A stretch of 64,000 bases of DNA from Neophaeotheca triangularis (taxonomy: Eukaryota): assembly GCA_054600435.1 (NCBI GenBank), contig BAAIJX010000005.1:682001-746000 (forward strand), read 5' to 3'. The notes under the pieces are model-generated. The model saw only the letters and a list, made by a program, of their open reading frames with translations, was not told the DNA's origin and made no database searches. Positions 55,401 through 64,000 of the stretch are shown here, in pieces. The position numbers and the translations under genes are program-made. Every line of letters starts with the position of its first letter. Position 1 is the stretch's first letter.

Positions 55401-57841
55401 GTCACCGTGGATGCGTCGAGCGCATAGGAGGAGATCTCGCCGGGGAGCGTCGTAGTCAGCACGACTGTCTCATAGCTAACAACAAGCTCAGTAGAGGCCG
55501 GAGGAAAGAATGTTGTTGGAACAAGAGTAGTAAACACGACAGTGCTCGGCTCCGGAGTGAATGTCACCGTAGATGCGTCGAGCGCATAGGAGGAGATCTC
55601 GCCAGGGAGCGTCGTAGTCAATACAACAGTGACAAAGCCTGTGTAAAAAGATACTTCGCGAGATGTCAAAACTTGGCTGGTGGTTTCGATGCCGTCCACT
55701 CGAGTGGTCGCGGTCGCGGTCTGGGTCTGAACCACAAAAGCCGTGGTCGTCACAAAAATTGACGTGGTCACGGTAAGCGGTTGCTGGGTCTCGACGGAGC
55801 TGGAGGTCGTCCCAGGAGTGGGGACAGAGACAGGCTCAATGGTGACTCTTTCCAGACCTACATATGCGTTGCCGATGCACACAACGTTGAAGGTAGCGAT
55901 AGAGGATCCGTCCGCCTCGGCGGTGAAAGCATAGCTGTATAGTGTGGATACTGATGAAAGCTGGTTGGGACTGCCGCAAGTCTGATCACCGCAGATTGTC
56001 AAGGCGCAGTTAGGCAAGGTGTTGCCGAACTGAGAACTGGCAGCGAAGGTGCTGAGGATGTACTCTCTACCGGCGATGGTGGTGAAGCTCTGAGTAGCGT
56101 TGTAGGACAGCGGCTCTTCTGCTTGACGCTTTTTCTTAAGACCAGGTGCACCACTAGTTCCAAATGTCAACAAAAGGAAGGTTTCATCACCGATTGTATC
56201 CACTGGCGGGTTTTGGGTAGGCTCAAAGGCCTGAGCGGTTACTAGTAGAGGATTGGAAGCTGTGCCGGACTCAGCCAAGTTGGTAGCATCCGCGACGATT
56301 GGGGTCGACCCGGGAAGAGGTGGAATACTCGGGGAAACGCTACTGCTTTCACTAAAAGTCTGACCAGGGCTGGTAGTATCGGCTCCGGGCAACTGGCATG
56401 TCGTAACATCTCCAGACACAGTCACGGTCGCGGTCACAGTCAACTCGGGTGGCGAAAGGGTTGTAACAGATCCAAGTGTTGTGCTACCAGCACCCTCGCC
56501 GGGAAACGGGAGGCACAACGAAGAGTTTCCGGCAATTACTGTGACCGTCGAATTTTCTCCGTATATAAAAGACGTTATGGTACTGGCATTGCTTGGTAGT
56601 GTGCTGAACAGGTAGGAGATGACTGTCGAGACCATCACCGGGGCGGAGGTGGGATTCAACGTCGGAGTGATGACTCCCTGTGATTCGCCAGTTGGGCAAA
56701 TTGAACCATTCAAGAAGGAGGTAAAAGTTGACACTACGGTAGATGTCGCAGTCGCTAGGGATGGTGGAGAGGCATCTGGCGGGCAAGAGCCGTTGTTCAC
56801 GTATGAGGTGAATGTCAGCGGCGTAGTAAATGGAGCAGACGGGCAGCTGGCCTCTACCGTGGAGACTGGCCCGGGCAAAAAAGAAGTCACCGTCTGCTGT
56901 GCGCCAGGCTCATCAGTCTGCGTGCTAAGGCTCAAGTCGGCGCTCACGGTTGAAGCACCATCGATTGTTGGACAGCTCAGGTTGCCCGAGATGTAAGAGG
57001 TGACGGTCTTCTCCAGAGGCGGCAGGCTCGTCAAACTAAAATTCGATCTCGTAATCGTTTGTGATATGTACACGGTAACCGTTGTAGAGGTAAGATGGCC
57101 CAAGCTAGCTATGTCGCTCGCTGGAACGTAGGAGGTAATAACGAGGCCAGAACAATCCTCTGGATTTAAAGTCACCGTGGTAGCAGCGGGACAGGTTGGT
57201 GTGGTGTCGGGATTCACGCTTGGCCCACCAAAGAGACTGCTGGTAAATGCGGACGATTGCCCCGTCGATGTCGCTTGGCTTGGGCCAGCTGGATATTCGC
57301 TGGCCCACGAGCTGGTCGCAAAGGTACCACCGGGAAGAGAAAGATTTTGCCCAACCGAAGTCGCCTGGGTCGAGATCGTGGGGCTTTCGCTGGACCACGA
57401 GTTAGGCAACGAAGGTTCGCCTGGAAATGCGAAGGATTGACTAGTGGTCGGGGTCTCTATCGACTCGGGAAGACCTTCATCGGAAGAGACATCGCTGGCT
57501 TCAGGCGACGCAGTTGATATATCCGTCGAGGAGACCGAGCTCGTTCCCAGTGAACCAGGAGTTCCCGGAACTGACGCAAGGGTAGTGAGTGTGGTGAGCC
57601 CCGATGGCTCTGTGCAAACAAACTCAGAGGTTGTTGATGAGGATGGACCCGGAAGTTGCGAGATGATATACGTCGACTGCCCCGAAGTATAGACGTATAC
57701 CGTTCTTGGCCGAGTGACGCATGGTCCTGTCGACGTGACGGTGAAGACGTTAGAATCAACGCTGTTCCAGTAGGAAAGTTGCTGTGCTGTTGCTGTGTAG
57801 GCACTAGCGAGCGTGCACAGAAAAATGATCGGGAGTCGCAT
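47580..57841 (-). CDS. Giant secreted Thr/Ser-rich tandem-repeat (mucin/adhesin-like) protein, ~3,343 aa; exons 57841-54427, 54266-47984, 47913-47580
   Basis: Signal-peptide-like start MRLPIIFLCTLASAYTATA. Intron 54267-54426 (GTAAGC...GCTAAC...CAG) joins the 1189-aa and 2143-aa ORFs in frame. Intron 47914-47983 (GCAAGT...ACTAAC...CAG) joins to the 47580-47951 frame. Exon lengths sum to 10032 nt. Confidence 0.82.
48960..53600 (-). repeat. Coding tandem-repeat array in the giant gene (12-, 14-, 16- and ~28-40-aa units sharing TTS...TL(P/D)RE)
   Basis: Visible in both DNA and translation. For example, a 120-bp higher-order unit recurs at 49211, 49331, 49451 and 49571. Confidence 0.95.
55140..55640 (-). 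repeat. Three near-identical 162-bp (54-aa) coding repeats, followed by diverged copies toward 54430
   Basis: gcgtcgagcgcataggaggagatctcgcc occurs at 55251, 55413 and 55575, a period of 162. Confidence 0.92.
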
Positions 57842-58373
57842 AGCATCATTGTCATCTAGACGCAACAAACTTCAAGACCTGGCCTAGAGAGTATCCTGGC
57901 GAGGACCTCTCGACTGTTAGTAGAGTGGCAGATGATTGTTTGGAGATCTTCAAGGAATGAAGCCGAAGTATGGGGTCCAGTAAATCTAATACCAAGCATG
58001 CCATGAAGCTCTGGAATGCAGTTGGCACGCATACTCGGCATACTGCTAAGCAGCGATCTGGAACAAGACCTTTCATCCTGCATCCCTGTCCACCGTGAGC
58101 AAGGTTGTTCTTATCCCTCTTTGTCTTCCACGCGGCATCTCGGAATCTGCGCCAATGGGTTGAGAGCGTCCAGATTGCATTTAGAACCCTACGCTGGGAC
58201 GACGAGCGTTTTGCTGTCGGGGTGAAGTTGCGAGGTGGCCTCGTTGAGCAGACGGTCGGCGGGCCTAGCTAGCCTACACCTCCATGAGATCCCAAGGCTT
58301 GCCTGGCGGGTTGAGTAGATCTTAATAGCACGGAAAACAAAGGTCTTATAGCGAAGCCTAGATAGGCTTCTGG

Positions 58374-58402
58374 TTTTTTTTTCTTTTTTTTTTTTTCTTT
58401 TT
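58374..58402. repeat. Poly(T) tract in the divergent intergenic region
   Basis: About 27 T with two C interruptions. Confidence 0.85.
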
Positions 58403-59733
58403 GTCGTCAAGTTTTACGTTTCATCACTCGCCGGATGATGAACATATTTTTCTGTTTCAAACATAATTAGTATTGTGTGGTAGAGCCACATACATTCATA
58501 CCAACTAAAAGATCCGTGGATATTTCTAACAGTGATGATTAGAGACTTCGAAGAGAATTTGAAGCCGCTTACGCGACAATGATTGTGCTAGCGAAACAAG
58601 CACAACCATCTCCTCCTCAAGTCCGGCTGACCCTCAATCCTAGTCGTCGCTCCCTACCACATTATTGCCATCTGCTGCCCACCCGCCTCTCGCGCCCTCG
58701 GATCAAGGCACCGTGCGCCAGATTGTTCTTATCCATCCCTTTTCGCCTTCTACGCGGCATTATCCGGACTATCGGTAAAGGAACGCTCGCCGGGAGCAAC
58801 TCCTTTCGACGGTTCTTAGCAAATGAGAGCAATACGTGATGGCGGAAGGCTTCTTTTTGCTTTCAGATCCAAACCGGGCCCGAGTGTTTAAAAAACATGG
58901 TGGTCCCTGTAGCCACGCTGGAACTTGGAAGTCATGTCAAGAAGACCTTTATGCCTGGTGGAGCGCAGAATTTCTGAGCAAGGGCCCTGTGTTTCGGAGT
59001 CAGTCTGATAGGAGGACGCCGGTGTAGCACATGGATGCAGGCGGGGCGCCATCACTTCGCGCGGCGGCTGAACCATGTCACCGAGACCAAATCGTAGCGC
59101 ATCGTCTGGGCCAATGCGTGGACATTATTGTTCCAGGGTAGATGATGCAGTAGGAGTAGTAGGAGTAGTAGCAGTCAGAAGTACATAGTAGTACAGGTAC
59201 TGAGGTAAGGTAGTAGTAATTCTGTACCGTGATCCGTGAGGTACCTCCAGTATGGGGTTATCGTTCGGCGCCAAGCATACCTACTGTATCTGGCCCTACC
59301 ACAAGAACCAAAAGGGAGGCCCCACTGTGAAGCTGGAGCCGGAAGCGCCAAGATTCCACACCAACCAACCTAAGGCATGCGCATCCTCTGACGTCCCACC
59401 GTAAACCGGCCGCTCGCTCTTTCTTATTGAGACGACGACACATACCACATCTTCTACTACCTAGGCACCTTACCCTCGACACCAAACACCATACCATACC
59501 ATACCACCTCATACCGTATTCTATTCCGAACACCAAGCGAACACTTGGTGGCTGATACATTCACTTCCACCACTCGCCATCACACGTCCAACATCTACAC
59601 TATCGCTAGCACAGCGGACTATCATCCCTGCCTTGGCGCACGCGTTCCCTGGAAATATTCGCCCTGAGGGCCCTCGCTTTGAATCCATCCTACTACTTGC
59701 CAGCCCTCAGACACCTATGGCGCAATCGTCGAA

Positions 59734-62700
59734 ATGTCGCCCAAAAGACCCCCAGGCCTGAAAGACCTGCTCATCTGGAGCAGCTTCATCTTGCCAGTCG
59801 TCGCGACCAACGCTCTGCAGCAGCAGAAGTCGCACGAAGCTTACCACGTCCACCCCTCGGCGGACACGGCGGCCGAATTCTTTGGCAAGAATGCACCGGA
59901 CTCGCTGAGTGCGGGACACGAGCACCATGGATACCGCGATACTTTCGTGAACAATGCGCCGTCCAATCACCAGCGCGCCCTCGCGACCCTTCCTTCTTCC
60001 CGCGATTTACCTGCGCGGTCGACTCTCCCTCCTGCCCGCGAGGCACTCGCCGCGCGAAAATTAGAGGACTGGAAAGTCGAGGATGTGGTCCTCTTGGCGA
60101 CGGTGGATGGGAAGCTTCACGCAAGAGATCGGAAGACTGGGACCCACAGATGGGCACTAGAGCACGAGAGACCAATGGTGGAGACAATCTACCATCGTAC
60201 AAACAAGAGCGCGAATGAGGACGGCTTGGAACTCGAGGACCCTCTGTGGATCGTGGAGCCGAGCCAAGATGGAAGTATCTATGTCTACGCGCCCGGTGTC
60301 GGATTAGGGCTACAGAAGCTGGGCTTCACGGTGAAAGAGCTCGCCGACATGGCCCCTTACGCTGGAGACGGACCCATCGCAGTCGCATACACGGCCGAGA
60401 AAAGGAACACTCTGTACACTGTGGATGCAAGCAACGGCATGATTCTCAAGACTTTCAGTTCGGGAGGCTCTACCGTTAACAACGAATCAAGTTGTAGAAG
60501 GGTGAACCCCCTGCAAGCGTCGGACGAAGCGGAATGCGAAACGATTGGTACTTTGACATTGGGCCGCACTGAGTACATCATCAGCGTGCAGGACCGTCAA
60601 ACTGGCGAGCAGATCAGTACCATCAAATACGCAGAGTGGGGCCCTAACAACCGCGATGAGGATCTGAGAAGGGAATACAGGTCCACCATGGATCACAAAT
60701 ACATCTACACCAAACACGACGGTACGGTCTTCGGCCTGGATTTGAAGCCACTCACTGTAGGAAAGCCGCCGAACAAGCCTGCCTATTACGCCAAGTTTGG
60801 GTCTCCCGTTGCCAGGATATACGACGTAGTCCGACCCCATGACCAGCTTAGGAACGACGCGTCCTTGGTCATTCTGCCTCAACCTGTCGGCCCTGCCCTA
60901 GACGTCGACGATTTCCGCGAGGACGATGCCTACGACAGCATTTTTGTCAACTGCACGCCCAGCGGTACATGGTACGCCTTATCCGAGACGAAATACCCCA
61001 CCGTTACCGACAAGCTTGCAATGGCCAGGCTGTATCTAGACACTGACATCAAGATCCCCGACCTCTGGTCCAATATGACAGCTGATGATCGTGAAATCTT
61101 CACGGGCGTTCATTGGCTCGCAGAAGCACCGCAGCCCGTTATGGCGCCTGGCGTCCCCAGGATTGAACCCCCGCCTTCCGATGCTGGCGTTATACCGCTC
61201 GATGGCCGCAGCGATGTCTTGGATCCCCTTCAAAACATGAGACCACAGGATGGTCTGTATTCGTTGTGGTATCTAATGATCCCCCTTGTTGCACTGGCAC
61301 TCGCAGTCAGTGCTTTTTATCAAACTCGGCTGAGGAGGGAGCATACCAGGGCCGAGGCCAAAGAGTCGATCGTGCCACCAAAGAAGGAAGTCAAGATTGA
61401 GCTACCTGAACCGGTCTTCGAAAAAGATGAGGGAGAGCCTAGTACGCCAATGGTGCGTGAATCTGAACCCGCTCGCGAGACTATCTTCCCCCAACAACAC
61501 GAGCTCGAGAAGATACCCACTCTCGACGACGGTGAGAAGGAGGATGATGAGCTTGTGTTTGTCGATAGCAAAGAAGCCGAGGCAGCTGTAGAGACTGAAG
61601 CCAATACCCCCAAGAAGAAGAAAGCCACACGTGGTAAGCGAGGCGGTCGCAAGGCGAAAGAGAAGGAGGCTGAGAAAGCAGCCTGGCAGGCCAAGAAGAA
61701 GGGCGAATCACCCGCGCCTCAACTTGCCGAGGTTATCAGCGTTGCCGCTTCTGAGAGCCCTCAAGTGGCTGGCCCTCTTCAGATCAACAGCCTCATCATT
61801 CACACCGACAAAGTGATTGGTCAAGGCAGCTGTGGCACTTCGGTCTTCGAGGGCTCTTTTGAGGGGAGAGATGTGGCGGTCAAGCGTATGCTGTCGCAGT
61901 ATTACGAGCTGGCATCTCAAGAAGTCTCATTCCTGCAGCAAAGCGACGACCACGCGAACGTCATCCGTTACTTCTGTCAGCAAAAGGATGACCACTTCCT
62001 ATATATCGCCGTCGAGCTATGTCAGGCTTCGCTCTACGAAGTTTGGGAAGCTGAAAAGGCAAGAACGGACGAGCGCCAACAGCAGCTGCGCCTGCTGAAG
62101 TTCACCATCCAACAAGACATTCCCAGAACACTGCAACAGCTTGCGGCCGGGCTGCATCACCTGCACAATCTGCGCATCATTCACCGAGACATAAAGCCCC
62201 AAAACATTCTCGTCGCTTACCCCAAGAAACACCAAGCTACCGGACCACGACTTGTCATTTCAGACTTCGGCTTGGGTAAGAACTTACCGGAGAACGTGAG
62301 CACGCTCATCGATCCCACGGGGAATGCAGGCACGTCCGGCTGGAAAGCACCCGAGCTCATCTCTCAACCCAGAGAGTCGGAAAGCAGACACAGCCAGTCC
62401 GTCAACGGCTCCCACACGGGTGGCAGCGAACCCGGCGGTCCTTCAGGTGTCAAACGAGCCGCCGACATCTTTAGTCTGGGCTGCCTCTTCTTCTGGGTCC
62501 TAACCGACGGCATCCACCCCTTTGAAGATGACAATGGCTGGACACAACTCCGCGAACTCAATATCAAACGTGACAACAAGAAAATGGGCGTTCTCGAGCG
62601 CTGGTCCGACGCCTACGAGCCCATGTCCCTTATTACCAGCATGCTCGAACACCAGCCAGAGAACCGACCCACGGCACTCCAAGTCCTCAACCACCCCTTT

Positions 62701-63150
62701 TTCTGGACACCGGAGAAGCGGCTCTCCTTCCTCTGCGACGTGAGCGACCATTTCGAACGCGAGCCCCGCAGCTTAGACGGCCACTACCCACACCCGTCGG
62801 CCCAGCTCAACGCGCTCGAAGACCGCGCTTACGAGGTCATCGGCATCGAGGACGCGAGTAGGGACGGCGGCTTCTTGGACAAGCTCGACAGACACTTCGT
62901 CGAGACGCTAGGCAAGCAGCGCAAGTACACGGGCGACCGATTGTTGGACTTGCTCCGCGCACTGCGGAACAAGAAGAATCATTACGAAGATATGCCTGAA
63001 GGGGTCAAGAAGATTGTCGGCCCCTTGGCGGGCGGGTATTTGATGTTTTGGACCAGTCGTTTTCCGAGGTTGTTGATGGCTTGTTACGAGGTGGTGCACG
63101 AGTGTGAGGTGCAGGGTAATGATCGATTCAGGGGGTATTTTGCTACTTGA
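59734..63150 (+). CDS. IRE1: ER stress sensor kinase/endoribonuclease Ire1 (1138 aa, intronless)
   Basis: Signal peptide, luminal domain (VLLATVDGKLHARDR, WIVEPSQDGSIY), one TM helix, a basic linker RGKRGGRK, kinase motifs (IGQGSCGTSVFEG, VAVKRM, HRDIKPQNIL, SDFGL) and the KEN RNase domain (LLRALRNKKNHY). Confidence 0.97.
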   Translation: MSPKRPPGLKDLLIWSSFILPVVATNALQQQKSHEAYHVHPSADTAAEFFGKNAPDSLSAGHEHHGYRDTFVNNAPSNHQRALATLPSSRDLPARSTLPPAREALAARKLEDWKVEDVVLLATVDGKLHARDRKTGTHRWALEHERPMVETIYHRTNKSANEDGLELEDPLWIVEPSQDGSIYVYAPGVGLGLQKLGFTVKELADMAPYAGDGPIAVAYTAEKRNTLYTVDASNGMILKTFSSGGSTVNNESSCRRVNPLQASDEAECETIGTLTLGRTEYIISVQDRQTGEQISTIKYAEWGPNNRDEDLRREYRSTMDHKYIYTKHDGTVFGLDLKPLTVGKPPNKPAYYAKFGSPVARIYDVVRPHDQLRNDASLVILPQPVGPALDVDDFREDDAYDSIFVNCTPSGTWYALSETKYPTVTDKLAMARLYLDTDIKIPDLWSNMTADDREIFTGVHWLAEAPQPVMAPGVPRIEPPPSDAGVIPLDGRSDVLDPLQNMRPQDGLYSLWYLMIPLVALALAVSAFYQTRLRREHTRAEAKESIVPPKKEVKIELPEPVFEKDEGEPSTPMVRESEPARETIFPQQHELEKIPTLDDGEKEDDELVFVDSKEAEAAVETEANTPKKKKATRGKRGGRKAKEKEAEKAAWQAKKKGESPAPQLAEVISVAASESPQVAGPLQINSLIIHTDKVIGQGSCGTSVFEGSFEGRDVAVKRMLSQYYELASQEVSFLQQSDDHANVIRYFCQQKDDHFLYIAVELCQASLYEVWEAEKARTDERQQQLRLLKFTIQQDIPRTLQQLAAGLHHLHNLRIIHRDIKPQNILVAYPKKHQATGPRLVISDFGLGKNLPENVSTLIDPTGNAGTSGWKAPELISQPRESESRHSQSVNGSHTGGSEPGGPSGVKRAADIFSLGCLFFWVLTDGIHPFEDDNGWTQLRELNIKRDNKKMGVLERWSDAYEPMSLITSMLEHQPENRPTALQVLNHPFFWTPEKRLSFLCDVSDHFEREPRSLDGHYPHPSAQLNALEDRAYEVIGIEDASRDGGFLDKLDRHFVETLGKQRKYTGDRLLDLLRALRNKKNHYEDMPEGVKKIVGPLAGGYLMFWTSRFPRLLMACYEVVHECEVQGNDRFRGYFAT

Positions 63151-64000
63151 GAACGGGTCGTGCCGGCATGGTATATGAGGTGTTTGTTTTGGTAGGGTAC
63201 TATTCATTCATAGCGACTGGAAGCGTGCGGCATTGCGAAATTGCATGATTTAGATACGACCATGATCCATCATCCATGCTCGTGATAACCCAGGAGACCC
63301 AGGTAGCGAGATGGCTCTCGGCGAATTAAATCAAGACACACCACTGATGCCACTCATCCCGTTGACGATTCCCAAAAAAGGGTTTCAACGAGCGGCAGAC
63401 TCATCAACCACCAGCTGCGCAAGTCGTCGCTCATGGCCATTTTTGTCACCGGGAAACATGGACTGCCATGGTTGCAAAAGGGTTTTAAGGTAGAGCAAGC
63501 GGGCTGCCGGCGACTTGCAAGATTGAAGGCTGCAAGTTTTCTTGCTAAGGTATATGTATACATGGCCGTGACTGCGTGGGTACTACTGGGTAAGTAAGGT
63601 ACAGTACTACTCTGGCTGCTTTGTGTTCGCCGCGTGGCTGCATACGTTGCCTCCCGTTGTCTTCGTCGTGGAGGTTGTGGAGGACGGGGTTTTTGACTTG
63701 GAAGAATGTCTCGTGAGGAGAGATAGCCCTAAAGGCCCGGCTCCGGAGACGACGACGGGAGATGAGAGGTGAAGTAAGGTTGACCAGGTATAACATGGAG
63801 ACAGCGCGGGGGTTGGGCACAGCTTCGATCCACCTCTTACCTCTTACCTATCTTAACTTCTTCATACATTCAATCCCTTCAGGTACCTTCAACAATATCT
63901 AGATTTTGCCTTGTAAACGCGCAGGGCATGTATTCTGGATGACCTTTAGCGAAATGTCGTACCTAATTCGTTCCGGAAGAAGGGAGACAGTGCCTAACCT

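Noticed and set aside
63254..63263. ATACGACCAT resembling the 5' end of fungal 5S rRNA
   Set aside because: Only about 10 nt match; the downstream sequence does not continue as 5S.
63311..63820. Short ORFs downstream of IRE1
   Set aside because: No recognisable motifs or convincing splice structure.

Overview
This window is gene-dense genomic DNA from a filamentous ascomycete. Short GT-AG introns with CTRAC-type branch points and the gene set support this; a Dothideomycete is my inference from the style of the proteins. I rebuilt spliced gene models by hand from splice signals. In order: mevalonate kinase ERG12 (runs off the left edge and is absent from the ORF track), velvet regulator velB, a GH76 pseudogene fragment, an EthA-like Baeyer-Villiger monooxygenase, AP-3 delta adaptin, a conserved hypothetical gene with a frame break, an APC amino-acid permease, the PRO1/NosA Zn2Cys6 regulator, a SAM+PH (Boi1-like) protein, BUD23, an IRC20/SHPRH-like SNF2-RING protein, an atypical Zn-cluster transcription factor, a family-16-type methyltransferase, a two-exon orphan, an aldo-keto reductase head-to-head with MRI1, a ~10.3 kb gene for a ~3,340-aa secreted Thr-rich repeat protein, and IRE1. 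The giant gene is the most unusual element. It has a signal peptide, a Kex2-like site, two small putative beta-sandwich domains and several nested families of tandem repeats with (Thr-Ala)n tracts. Some repeat copies differ by silent RIP-type changes, and its C-terminal domain is only in frame through a GC-AG intron. I found no tRNA, rRNA, CRISPR or intact transposon. All family assignments come from motif recognition, not database searches.
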